The notes under the pieces are model-generated. The model ran no database searches. It was given only the letters and a program-made list of their open reading frames with translations, and was not told the origin of the DNA. From assembly GCA_965637545.1 (NCBI GenBank), contig OZ281499.1, forward strand, positions 19,468,001-19,532,000: a DNA stretch of 64,000 nucleotides, written 5' to 3'. The position numbers and the translations under genes are program-made. Origin of the DNA: Phallusia mammillata. Its lineage: Eukaryota. Positions 42,477-55,039 of the stretch are shown here, piece after piece. Positions within the stretch are counted from its first letter, which is position 1, and every line of letters starts with the position of its first letter.

Positions 42477-45400
42477 TCACACAATACTAGTCACTCCGTT
42501 CGGTTTTGGAGTTCCAGGAATTTCTTCAATCTCTTTTTTGCGTTGATTTAGTTGAGGAGTCCCTGCAAGACTGCTGCTGACAGTATTTTCACCAGCACTG
42601 CGTTGTGACTGCATTGGACTTTCATAAATTTTTTCTCCCTTGTCAAATTTCGCAACCAGCTTGGAACCGATTCGGTGCTTTTTGCACATTTTCAGGCATT
42701 TGGAGAAAATGGTGTCAAATATTCCCGAGTAAAGAATAGGATTGAGGGCACTGTTTATTGGAAGTAGAATTATACCAGCAACTGCATAGGCAATTTCGTC
42801 AATCCTTGCACCAGCTAAAAAGGCATATGCCATACAGCAAAGTGGAATCCAACAGAAAAAGTCAGTAAATAGTAAACGGGTAACCCTCGACTGTAGTTTG
42901 CATTTCTGGTAGTTCAGTTTGGCTCCTTTTGGGACGTTTCTCCGTATTTCCACTGCCTTTCTTGAAGTGGTCAATCGCCATATTAGTGAATAGACAATCA
43001 CCATGCTTACGAAGGCGACAAAATTAAAGGTGACCAAGAAAGTGGTCATTTGCCATCCAGGTTCGCCTTTTCGTGTAAAAAAGTTAGGCAGGCATACACC
43101 GTTCTGCGAATAAAACCCTAGACGTCCGTTCGGTGTAAAAGACACTGCGTCGGATGACATTTGTAATGTGGTGTTGGCAGATAAAGAAGTATTGGTGGCT
43201 AGATATCGTTGTATGGCGCTAAGTCGGGAGTTAAAGGTGTTAAAAGCAGTTTTGTTTACCACGTCCGAACGAAAGAACGGACTCGGGAACCAAACGTGCG
43301 AGTAGAACTCATCTACCACCCATGGCAAGATTGCGAGGCCAAGTGACGTCAACCATGACATCATGACTGCTATTTGTACAACTTTTCCTGATTTTGATGA
43401 GAATTGCGCTTCGAACGGTTGGTAAATTGTATAAAGCCGGAAGAGTCCCATAATAAGCAAAATCAAGACCGAAGCTTCACTGGAAAGCAAAACAAGCGAA
43501 CCCATGATGTTACAAGCAGCACCTGTTCTCCAAGGTTTATCTGCTAAGCAATACATTCCTGAATGAACTGAACTTGCAATGCATAGGATAGTCAAGTAGA
43601 TCCCCATGGTGCCATCAGCGATACTTAGATTTACAATCATGAACGTGTGACTTTTGGCAATAGGGTTCACATTTTTCCTTTCGTTTATTCGCTGAAATGT
43701 CTTCGCCAACACAAAGATATTACCCAGAAGGGCCATAGGAGCAATAAACCACAGTATCACTCTTAGCACTATGTTTTTAATCATCTCTTCCCGTGAACTG
43801 TACATATTTTGGTTGAAAGCCATTGGACACTCGTCACTGCCGTCAAAACATTCTTGTCTCCCGTTCAGTCTGAAAGTAGCTGGCACAAAAAGTCGATTCA
43901 AGGGCGAAGTGTCGTTTGCGTTTCGCGTCTCGCAGTAAAATCTTCCGTCCGTGCAATTCTGAGCGGCGCTTTCGTCTGATTCGTCATCACAATTAATGAC
44001 TCCATCACACCTCTGAATGGGCAAAGAAGTAAAATTGAATTAAGTTAATGTTTGATGTTAGATCTCTAGGTTTAAAAAAGTTTTGAATAAGTTTGTCTGC
44101 TAAGAGCAGGTAAATGTGAAACTTCACAAAAAGGTTATTTGACTTAAATTACAATTATCATAGCTGCCCTAAACTCTGACACATGTTATAATTATATTTC
44201 TTGTTTGTTGCTTAAATATTTCCACCAACGTTAAAGCCAGTCTACATTAAACCATCAGGCAAAAACATTAGTTTACCTCTTATTAACAACCAAGGTAAGT
44301 GTAACCTAAAACAAACCTGCTCCAAAGCAATACTGATTGCAGGACCGTTTTTGCAATAGAACCTTTCCGGGCAACCAATTTCCTCCTCCAGAATACGACC
44401 CTCGCAATAATCATCGCTCTGCCAAACACCATCGCAGATGAACGGAGTAAACAGACACGAAAAATCAACATTGCAGAAAGGAGGAAGGTCCCCGCATTCT
44501 GGAGTACATTCGTCAGTCAAATTGACGCACGTCGGTCGTCCGTCGCATTTTACCGCTACTATTATCTCTCCACCAAAATCACTTTGACACAGCATAGTCT
44601 CGTTTTCTGCTGCGATGGAAGAAGTGTGATTGAAGAAGCCGGCCACGGATGAAGTTAGGTTTGCTGGAATCTGGCTGCTAAATGTGTAGAGGTAATTTTC
44701 GGTTGAGGAGCTGTAGCAATGGAGTTCATCCATAACGTTGTGGCAGTCTATGACGTCATCACAGAGCTGGGCACTGTTTATGCATTGTCCCTCGCCGCAA
44801 GGGATTGTGATGTTTATCCAAGCTTCAGTTCTGCCAGCTAAAATGAGATAAATATTTTGATGTAAGCTAAGAGAGGGAGCTTTATTACTGGGTGGTCTCA
44901 ACAAATGATGGTCGCTAACGCTTAAAATATACACACCGAGACAAGAATTAATCGCAAAACAAAACATTCAGTCAAAAGAACTTGGATATGTATATAAAAC
45001 TCTCTGGCAGTTATGTTATGTATTAAATTGCTCTTAAAGTCCATGTATAGTGTTCCTAAAAACATTTGGCATTATGAATTGAAATTTCAAATGGGATGTT
45101 AAGTAACTGTCAATGTTTTCATCATTGAAACGTTTGTCAATATCGGTTATATCACGAAAATAAACTTCTACGTTCGGATACTAAACAAAAATATTTCCAT
45201 AATTCTGTTTGACAATTATATTGGCCCCCAAACTCGTAGGACGAAACTAGTTGATTAAACTATTCGACGACTATGCCATCATCAGTAATTCCAGTTTTGC
45301 TTAACTTACACCTGAAGTATGTAAGTCAGTATTTCCGTAAGGGCATAAACTAATCAGGCCACGACTGATTGTTTATGATGTTGAACAATGTTAAATCAAA

Positions 45401-48400
45401 GCAATGTTAAACCTTTGTGACGAGTTTGATGGAGGCTTTCGAGGAAGGAAATGTGCGAACGTTAAAACGTCATCAGTGACACAATGAGTGAATCAGAGTT
45501 GAACGTGTTGCAGTTACATATCATAAGGTGAAATAACAAACAGTAACTTTAAAGCAATTTGGGTTAATGCGTTTCTTGTACACTTACCAAGGCTATATCC
45601 GTTCAAGTGAAATTCCGCCTCGTCGTCACCATCAAAGTCTTGCTCACAGTAGGGACTTGAGCCGCTGTAAAGATGACAGACTTCGGGAACCAGTTGGTTT
45701 TCACACAAACACTCGTCTGAGAAATCGGCACAGTCGAATGTTCCGTCGCAAACTTGATACGTAGAGATCACCTTGAAATATATTTTGTTCGTGCAAATGA
45801 CGTTCGCAAATGTTACATTTAGTAGAGAGTCTTGGCCGGACTAGGCAAGTTGGAAGTAATTGCACGGACTTAAAACTAAAAAAAACATTACCAACTCGAC
45901 TGAAAATTTTTTTGTTCTGAGAGGGCTTGATATGAAATAATGTATCGGATGAAATTATTTTAAATCACTGCAATTGTATTAGATGATTTGGTTCAATTCG
46001 AGCCTAAATGTAAATGTAAACAACATGCTGTTTTATAACCGATAATACTTTTTCGTTATGCTAGGTCTTTTGGATTGGCAATGTCAGTCAGTACTGTGTT
46101 TGATTTCTACTGCAATTTAAGACTTACATGCCGTTTATCGAGACATTGAAAGCAGTTGCCAGTCAGTGCCCCATTTTTATCGAAGCACAAGTCCGCCCCG
46201 TCTGTGCAGTGCGCAATGTTGTCTTGCAGATTGATTTGCGGAAGAACACACGGCACACCAGCGGCGGATTTGATAATGCATTTGAAGCCGGGACCAGCAA
46301 AGATTTCATCAGACTCGTCTGGACAGTCCCATTGCCCATCGCACATTTCATTCAAGCGTATACAACCAGAACCGTTACCGCAACGTACCGCATCAGGCCG
46401 GTCGCATGGCACTGAACCGGCGAACCTGCAATGCAAAAAACAATTTTCTATTAAAACTGAGCTTACACAGAAACCGACCTGAATTAACGCGCGCTCATTA
46501 CAGACCAGTTACGGATATAATATATACTTTTCTGTTTGAATAAGTTACTGATAAAAAATAAACCAAAAAACGTTGATCCTTGCTTTGAACAAACAACTGA
46601 CTGATTTTACTTTGGACAGTTTTTGGTGCTTTATCAATTTACTGCTAAGGTTAAAGATATAGTGATCCAAACTATATTGCCAATGGTTTTGGATTCACTA
46701 CAAAAAGTTATGTGTTATTTGTGTGTTTTGTTACAATCTGTTTCTCAAAGACACTTTTGATTGGTTTAGGAAGTTAGTTAAAATTATTTTTAAGGACTGC
46801 GTTTAACGTGCGGTGGGTGTGCATTAAAGATGATTACATTTTAGAAAAAAAGGGTTGGTGTATCACACTCAAATAACGACACACCGATCTAGATTGCTTT
46901 TTTACCGCAATTCCGCTGACAAATTGTTTCCTCGTTACGGACTTTTGGACTTTTTACCTTATCTGTGGGTAGTTACATTTATGTAAAGTTATCATTAACT
47001 TTCAACCAGTGACTAAACTAGGGCGCGACAAGTGTATGTAACCTTTATCACCCCAAGGCTACATATTTAGTCCTGGGATATCTCTTAATTAGTTTGATAT
47101 TTACACCAACCCAAGCAATTTATCTATAAGTGGAATTCACCTACCGGATTCAAGTTAAGTGAATTTATGATATATACCAACGGGCTGGGTTTTTGAATGA
47201 TTTTTATCTGGGGTAATTATTTAAAACGCGCCCGCTATTTTCTAGGTTTTTTACACGATAATTTCTTGGCAATTATGGAAAAACCAAGGACCAATTAAAT
47301 GCAACCGTGCAAATGTTAAGATTGTGTTTTCCCGACAAATTTCTTCATGTAATTGAAATAAACTCTAATACACTTGTATTTGGTATGTCTTGTAGGCCGC
47401 CTGGACTCGTCATAGTTAATGGTGCAACACCTCAGTAACAACTTCGACTTGTAAATTTACTTTGAGACGCAGCACTTTAGCGTTGTAAGTCGGGCATGGC
47501 TTTTTGTATCGGGTTACCCTCTGACTCAGACAAGTTTGACTGAAACGGACTTGATTCGATGCTGACTTCACATTCTAGCGAGTTTGTGTCGTGATTGTGC
47601 CCTAGTAAATCAAAGCCCAATTGAAACTTAATTGTCATAAATTTCGGGTAGAGGGCGGTTTTCGGGCATGGGCCCCAATTTCGGAACGACTAATGTCTCC
47701 CAGGAAGCTTATAGGGTGTGCAGATTATGTTTTAAACAATGCCACAGCGTTCTGGAAGCTCACTTACGTTAGAGGGGTAACACCTGTACAATTATCTTCA
47801 TCGCCTCCATCGACGCAATCGTACACTCCATCACACTTGTAACTGATCGGAAAGGCTTCTCCATCGCTGCACGCGAAAAGGCTCTCTTCTGCAAACAGAT
47901 ATGGATTTTAGTTTTCAAGTTATGTTTTAGTCATTTTTTAGGCACTAACTGATGTCATTGTGAGTTATACATGATTTATAATTGTTTAAAAAACGTTTCT
48001 TGTTCAAAATCTCAAAAACAATTGACGACTTTTTTTGAAAAATCTTTCAATGGTTCTGCAAAAACTCTCTCTACCACAATGTACTTTGAAGACTGTGTTC
48101 GCGGCGCAAAAACGTAGCCCAACTGGCAGTTTTCAACATATTTGCAGTCGTATCCGTTCACATTCAGACAGATCCACAATGACATCACCAAGTCATGTCA
48201 AGAAATACAACCGGGGTGCACGTTTGTTGAAGCAAAGAAAACAAATCACCGGAACCTGTACTCTGTAGCGAGCAAATGAGGCCAACTGAGTTTGTATTGT
48301 GTTTATCTGAAGCAGTATATTTAAGTATGACGCATTGTACACGTGCCCCCAAATTCTTGCGTACGACTCGTGTCGTATTTGTATTTGATAAATGATATTC

Positions 48401-49119
48401 GTTTCCCTTGACGGCAATATCCTTTTTAAATATAGTGATGGATTGAAGTGTTTTCCAAATTTCAAGGACGTCCGCAAAACACAACAAATAAGAGAATTGT
48501 TGTCTGGGCTTAATAGCCGCCTAAACCCTTAAATTTGACTAGGATATTGTTGTTATTATACCAGTCTTCTGAGTAGGGATAAGTGGCTGGGAGAAATACT
48601 TCTTTATGAAATAGGTCTTTGTTTATATAAAGAACAATTGCCTATAATTGATAACACGATCTTTAAATTAAAGGGTTGGATTACGATTGCCCTAAGCTAG
48701 ACTGTTGTTTTCAACGTTGCAAATAGTTCATGCCCTCAAAATGCAAATTTCAAACCTACAAACTTGATTTTGTTATTGTAAAGGTTTGCTACATATCTGT
48801 AATTGTTTCTTCAAAAGGCTTGCACATGCATTTTTTCAGATAACTTGATGACATCTTTTCATACCAAATTGTTTTATTGTAAGACATATCGTAGTACAAT
48901 ACGGTTTGTAAAAAACATTGTAGTACAATCACCTTAATGCAAAACACCCTTAGTGCTTTACTAGTTAGTTTTTTGCCACAGAATGAAGTTATTGGTAAGG
49001 TTCAACAACCAAACAAACACATCAAAAATTATACAATTTGTTTACTTACGTGCAGCGCATGCAAGCAACAGAAATGCCAGCACCAGTACAAACAAGTTGC
49101 CTGGATACATTTTTCTCAT
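42477..49119 (-). CDS. multi-LDLa rhodopsin-class GPCR of the LGR/RXFP/GRL101 group, without leucine-rich repeats (~909 aa)
   Basis: Exons 49119-49050 (signal peptide), 47888-47768, 46425-46128, 45771-45588, 44837-44317, 44012-42477 are phase-consistent. About 8 LDLa-type modules (CDGxxDCxDxSDE) lead into a 7TM with NLSIAD, GVCLP, FTDFFCWIP and LPINSALNPILYS. Confidence 0.9.
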
Positions 49120-49950
49120 ATCCAATTTTCCCACAAAACTTTGCTTGCTTACTAATTCAGTAATAGTTAAGTACACTATTTTATCTCTACAACCACCTGT
49201 ACAAAATGATTCAACAATTGGTAGCACTGAATTGAGGGCTTGAAACCAGGTTATTATTGTCTCGATGGAATTAAAATAGGCCCTCCGGCCAGCACGCAAA
49301 TCCAAATGTTAAGTTACGTCTGGCTGCGAAACTAAACACGTCTTTAGCTGCCAAGCATTTCTGAACACCTGTGTATCTCAAATCGAAAGCTTTATGTACG
49401 AAGTTCACTTACAAAAAAGTATTTGTGAGTCAATACAGTTTTGAAACGTGATGACGCAAATTTTATTACTCACGTGAAACTTGCTTCCGAACCTAAAGCG
49501 TCACCTGCTGTGTCTGGCTCGTCTGCGCGGTGCTTACGTTTTTGTGTGACGGCTTTTACGCACGACCGCACGATTTCTTGAGGATGCGCTAAGTTGCAGG
49601 GGTTATGAGAAACTGCCTACTCAATTTGCCCTTTTTCCGTCTGTTGCCTCGCAACAGCTTTTTGTTCATAAGTTGTTGTTTTTTGCCAGCATCTTAAAAT
49701 CCTAATCCGTTTTTCAAAACCCAATCCAGAAGAATATCAATCATAAGCTTAAAGTGTTTGTGTTTTTTTTCTTTGCGATGTTGGTTAGATTATTATACCA
49801 AGCTCGACAGTGCAACCTAGTGACTTTTATTTTAACAAATGCTGGTCACAAGGCGCTTACTTTTAGAAATTAGTTTAACACGCAGCAAAACACATAATGG
49901 TCTGGCGCGCCTGACCCATATACAGACATACAGACATAAAAAAAAACTGA

Positions 49951-50008
49951 TCGGGATTCGTCCCCGGGAGAGTCCTGGGTTCGAACCCCGTGAAAAAAAA
50001 AAAAAAAA
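49951..50008 (+). mobile_element. tRNA-derived (SINE-like) remnant with A-tail
   Basis: T-arm/B-box gtcctgggttcgaacccc followed by a ~17-nt A run; no complete cloverleaf. Confidence 0.35.
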
Positions 50009-50202
50009 CTAAAAACAAAAAAACATCAGATTTCTTTATTTTTAATCGAAAATTTACATTTGATGGAAAATTAGCAGAATTATTGAAAACTGTTAGAATG
50101 CGAAAACATACAAGTATGGAATAATTGTATGCCCCATGCGTTATTTTACAGTTAGATATTACGTATCAATGGTTCAATAATTTGATGTCTGAATTTATTT
50201 TC

Positions 50203-50661
50203 TCAATTCAAGAAATGCATTTTGTCTAGCCTCTGGTGTTCCTGTGAACAGATACGGCAACTTTGAGGTTTCTCCCCTATCCTGAGCTGGACTTGACGTC
50301 GATTAAGAAACTCATCACCCTGAGTCTGACGACGGGACTTTTCAATCTCTAGCAAAATTCCCGCTTGGGTTTCCCTGGATTGGAAGCTTTCAGGATTGAG
50401 AATTTGTTTATTGTAATTTTGGCTTTTGCTTATAGATCCACCAAGGTCATTCCAACTTGGTACTGATTCACCAAACTTGACCAGTCCGTTGCGTGGTTGT
50501 TTGCTGGTTGGTCGGGCAGAAATTTGCATGACATTTTTTTCTCCACCTATGTTGTACTGGTGAACGGTTCCTTCTTGCCAATTTTTGTTCATTGCCTTGT
50601 TCACTGATTGGCCTAGTTTTTTGGCAGTCACGTTTTTGAAGTTGTGCTGAACATTTTCCAT
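50203..50661 (-). CDS. family A (subtype 1) basic protein, C-terminus frameshifted
   Basis: Colinear paralogue of 61298-61783 (VQHNFKN, HQYN, PTSKQPRNG, ILLxxExxRR..GD..LNR.QV). After QV it is 16 nt shorter, so the conserved KLPYLFTGTPEARQNAFLELRK* lies in another frame. Confidence 0.7.
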   Translation of the reverse strand: MENVQHNFKNVTAKKLGQSVNKAMNKNWQEGTVHQYNIGGEKNVMQISARPTSKQPRNGLVKFGESVPSWNDLGGSISKSQNYNKQILNPESFQSRETQAGILLEIEKSRRQTQGDEFLNRRQVQLRIGEKPQSCRICSQEHQRLDKMHFLN

Positions 50662-52111
50662 TGTGGACTAACGCATATAATTCCCCCAAAAGTGAATAAG
50701 CAATCTAAAGCCAAAACGGCTAGAATATTGCTGGTACTACACCAAAGAAATTTAGTAATTAAAACAAGTTAATAGTAAACACACGGTTAAACAATTTCCA
50801 AACACAAATATTTTTAAGTTGACTACGATCCCAGCATAAACTCCACATTCCTGATTAGCCAAACAATGCCGATTCAAAACGTCTAAAACTTCATTGTCAC
50901 AATTAAGAATAAAATGTACACTTAAGTTTACTAAATGTGCAATTACGACTGCTAAATCCAAATGCAAACTGAGGCAACTGCCAACTTTCTCGCGATCGTG
51001 GGCGCTCAAGCAAAACGGTATTACTATTTGCGCGGCCAACAAAGCACCAAGAGGAAGTTATTGTCCAGTTCTTGGCATACTGTGGTGTCGCCACCATGGA
51101 AAGCCAGTGGGCTATCTATACATCAATCTACCTCAAAAATGAACCAGCGCGCCTGGCTACTTTTTATCTCACAAGCAAAACTAAGCTTTTTTTTATCTTT
51201 TTAATAAAATTTTTATAATTTAGATTTACAATATAAATTACTGCAGTGACCATTATTTACTTTAAAATCAAACGTTATCACGACGATAACACAAAATACT
51301 TACACACTATCAAACTACGTACAAACTTGCTAGGAAGCCACGTCTAAATTTACGGTAAAACACAGTAAAAAAGAGTGTTATAGCTCAATTAAAGATAGTT
51401 TTAAAATACATACTTTAATAGCTGTACATTATACGCTTTAAGTAAGCACACAAACATTTCCAAACAATAGGAGTTCAACCGCAGCGACTATTGAACAAAC
51501 TGCTCACAGCACAAACGAGGTCAGCACTGCTTTAGTGCATTGCACAAGAGTTCACCACTAATGACACCAGACGCATTGTTACGTTATAGTTTTTACCATT
51601 TATAATAGGCGCTTTGTTACGTCACAGAAAACAAGTCCGATCCCAAAGTTAAGTGGACTTGGGGAAAAGGCACGCGCAAGCCAATTCTTGCTGTAGAACA
51701 GTTACGTTTGGAAGCAAACACACCAAAAATATCTGCAAGTATGTACAAAGCATCATGTTCTTGTGTCGTCATACCATTCACAGGAAAATATAAGTGCTAA
51801 GAAAGACAGCTGCTATTTCAAACATTGCAGGAAGTTTGTAATTTTTGCAATGATCAACAACTTTTCCACCCATAATTAATCTGATCAAATCACCTAAACT
51901 AAACACTCATGATGCAACCAGTTATTTACTCATGATGCAACCAGTTATTTGCGGTCGTTGCAAGCAAAGTTATAATCATATTTAAGGCCGTTGGTACATT
52001 GTGTTAAATTGTGTACAACGTAGCAATCATTACAACCAGTTGTAAAGACATCGCAAAAGTGCATCACATCATCGACCATAGAACACAAATAATTTGCAGT
52101 AATAAATAATA

Positions 52112-53497
52112 TCACGGTGTCAGCAGAGCAATATGAACACAGTTGTTCACATCTTCTCCGTTTACGATTTCCAACCTTCGATTTTTAAGTGAAACAAAAC
52201 AACTTATCACAGTATTTAGCAGCGCGCATGCGCACTGAAAGGAAAGCAGGCCTAAGCTTCCCCAAGTGCTAAATACATGCCTTCCCAAGCCACTTATCAG
52301 CAAGCTGATTGCTGCTTGGATGCCAATCATTAAAGTTGTAACCAGCGTCTCGTCGATGGGGTAAGTTATTTGGGTTATCATTTCAAACAAACTGACACAA
52401 ACGAAACCGGTTAAAAAGCCAAACATAGCGTTGCTTGCAAAAAGCCATGCTACGCTCTTGAAAATAACGCTTGTAGCAATAGCTATTGTCGTTACAAAAA
52501 TACCTGCGTTTCCAATACAAGTTAGGAGTTTGTATCTTTTACAACGGTCTACAACTTTGCCTCCAATGACCAGACCCGGTAAACCTCCCAAACTAAACAT
52601 GCTCATGACATATCCGCCTAATGTATCAGGCGATAAAGTTTGTGATAACTTAAGGTCAGTCACGATTTCAGACATCATTAAATTTTCTAGCATACCTATT
52701 TGAAAGTTAAAGCCAAACAGAATACAGACTAATATGTATGAAGGGTTGGTGAAAAGTTGTTCAATCACTTTGCAAAACTTGTTCGATGTTTTATCCACTC
52801 GAAGGTCTGTGTTCTTCAGCTCTTGAGCTGTCGTGGGCGGAGTTGCCGGTTTGTCAGTCAAGAATATCACAAATAAGATAGTCACGACGGCCGATACAGC
52901 AAAATACGACCCGTACATGTAGCGCAATGAATGCTGCCCTGATACCAGTTCGTTAACACTTACAACAGCGTCAGTGCGATTTGAAGAAGGCACGAGAAGG
53001 GCTGGAATGATATAACCAATTCCTTCACCAAGAAACATCCCCACCACAGTGAATGCTATGGCTGTTCCAACTTGACTTTCTGGAAACCACAACGCAGCTA
53101 GTCCAGATGGGACAGCTAATCCAATGTTCTGTGCAAGTCCACTTATCATTTGTCCTAAAACAATAAGAAAAAAGAGCGAAGAATCGAATAGAGATAGAGT
53201 AACAAGCATAACTCCAGTTGTGGCACAAGCTCCCATTGCGATAATTAGGTTTCTCAATTTTATTTTGCCTTCAAAAATGAGCAAAGCAAAAGGAAGGGAG
53301 ATAAACATTGGGCTAACGCTTCTCCCCGTGGTGATCCAATCTACTTGGGCATGTGAAGAGTCAAAAAATTGAACGTAAAAGTTGATTTGACCGAAACTGG
53401 AGAAGGAAATGCCACCAAAAATCAGTAAAATTGAAATTCCTAAAATGAAAGCCCATCTTCGCTTATACAACTTTGGACGTTCCTCATTGGTTATCAT
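52112..53497 (-). CDS. intronless MFS transporter, SLC49/FLVCR-like (461 aa)
   Basis: Single ORF with ~12 hydrophobic segments; KLYKRRW N-terminus, PSGLAALWFPESQVGTA, GKVVDRCKRYK and E...ITYP motifs typical of the FLVCR/SLC49 family. Confidence 0.88.
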   Translation of the reverse strand: MITNEERPKLYKRRWAFILGISILLIFGGISFSSFGQINFYVQFFDSSHAQVDWITTGRSVSPMFISLPFALLIFEGKIKLRNLIIAMGACATTGVMLVTLSLFDSSLFFLIVLGQMISGLAQNIGLAVPSGLAALWFPESQVGTAIAFTVVGMFLGEGIGYIIPALLVPSSNRTDAVVSVNELVSGQHSLRYMYGSYFAVSAVVTILFVIFLTDKPATPPTTAQELKNTDLRVDKTSNKFCKVIEQLFTNPSYILVCILFGFNFQIGMLENLMMSEIVTDLKLSQTLSPDTLGGYVMSMFSLGGLPGLVIGGKVVDRCKRYKLLTCIGNAGIFVTTIAIATSVIFKSVAWLFASNAMFGFLTGFVCVSLFEMITQITYPIDETLVTTLMIGIQAAISLLISGLGRHVFSTWGSLGLLSFQCACALLNTVISCFVSLKNRRLEIVNGEDVNNCVHIALLTP

Positions 53498-54049
53498 TCT
53501 ACAGTTTTTCAGAATAATCTTTTAACTGTTCGGGTCCTAGGTCACTTTTTGGCCTGGTCTTTTTACCATGCGGTGGTCGTTTTAGTTTAGTTTTTATGGT
53601 ACCTATGCCTTCAGAACACGACGAAAGTAGTCCGTTTTGAATTCCTTCGAAAAAGATAAATCCTAATTTACGAAAGCTTTTATCAAAACACAAAAAATGC
53701 TTTTCACTCAAACATTATTATCGTTTCTGTTTACGTTGCTGCTGTCTTGGCTGTACACTGGGTTGTAACAGGAGACAATGTGATACGGCTTAGAACAGGA
53801 AACATAAGTTTTTGCCATTTTTTCTCCTGTTTCCATTACAGCAATCGTTTTGAAAGAAAGGCAACAACAATGAAAGTTATAGGGAAGTTTCTAAAGTTAC
53901 AAACGTTTTGCAAAACTGTAAACCAGGTCAATATAAACTGTGATGGACATCAGTCAACCAACTATGCCATTTCCTGTGTTTGTGTAAGATGACGTTTTAA
54001 TGTTGCGCCATTTCCGGCTTGGAATCAGTGCTATCATGTTGCTATATGT

Positions 54050-54495
54050 TGTTTAATCAAGTGAAGTAAACTCCTCAGGACGTTGTTCACATTTGTTTCT
54101 ACTTCCAATCTTCGATTCTTGGACGAAACAAGGCAACATAGAATCAAGGCAAAAAATGTGCCAGCACTCTGGAAGAAAAGTACAACAAGGCTTCTCCAAA
54201 GCTTAAACATAGTTCTTCCCAACACACCCAAGAGCAAAACATCCATGTTTGAATGGCGGTCATCCAAGTGTTGACCAGCGTCTCGTCGATCGGGTAAGTC
54301 AGCTGTTTGACCATTTCGAACAAAATCACTATAACTAACACCCAAAGGAAGCCATAGATGCTTTTGCTGGTGTATATTCCTGCGGCATTTTTGTACACAA
54401 GACTAACAGCAATTGCAACTGTGCTAACGAAGAAATCTGCTATTCCAAAAATTGCATGAACTTTGTACTTCAGCCTCTCGTCTATGGGATAAGTT
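54050..54495 (-). pseudogene. decayed 3' fragment of a second SLC49-like gene
   Basis: FEMVKQLTYPIDETLVNTWM and SKNRRLEV match the neighbouring gene but are split across frames; 5' part missing. Confidence 0.85.
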
Positions 54496-54766
54496 AACTA
54501 TGTGGCCATTTCCAACAGGACTACACAACTTGACCCCACAAATATGCTGAACAATCCATTGGACATGTACATGCAAATTGTGCTTTTCGACGTCACACTT
54601 TGTAATTTTTGCAATGATCAACTTTTCCGCCCAGAATTAATCTGTTAAAATCACCTAAACTAAATGTACTCATGATGTAACCACTTAATGATTGCAGAAG
54701 TTCGTGTTCCGTTTAACAGCTGTCATGACTTCGCATCCTTCGGTATAGAGCTACTCACACAAGCAC

Positions 54767-55006
54767 TCACAGTAGAAAAGTTTGCTAAATACCGATAAGT
54801 GGCGTAAATAGTGGGATATGGTTGTGGACTTAATTTAACATAAAGAACTATGTCTTTAGATTGATTTTATTGTTATTAATATTACGAAACCTCAGTCCAA
54901 CACTAAAAGCACCAACCGTAATCTTTTTTTACACAAATTGCATCTTAAATATTAACAAGTGCTTTTTGCGCCACTTATCGGAATTTAGCAAAATTGTCTC
55001 TTGTGA
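54767..55006. mobile_element. MITE-like foldback element
   Basis: 28-bp inverted repeat tttgctaaataccgataagtggcgtaaa (54781-54808) vs 54965-54992 with 2 mismatches, weaker pairing outward. Confidence 0.55.
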
Positions 55007-55039
55007 AGGACTGTGTTACTAGTTACCATATCCTTCTGT

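Noticed and set aside
47373-47621. Additional GPCR exon
   Set aside because: Phase incompatible with the gtaagt donor after 47768; flanking exons join in frame without it.
49951-49993. Functional tRNA gene
   Set aside because: Only a T-arm/B-box is present; no A-box, D-arm or acceptor stem.
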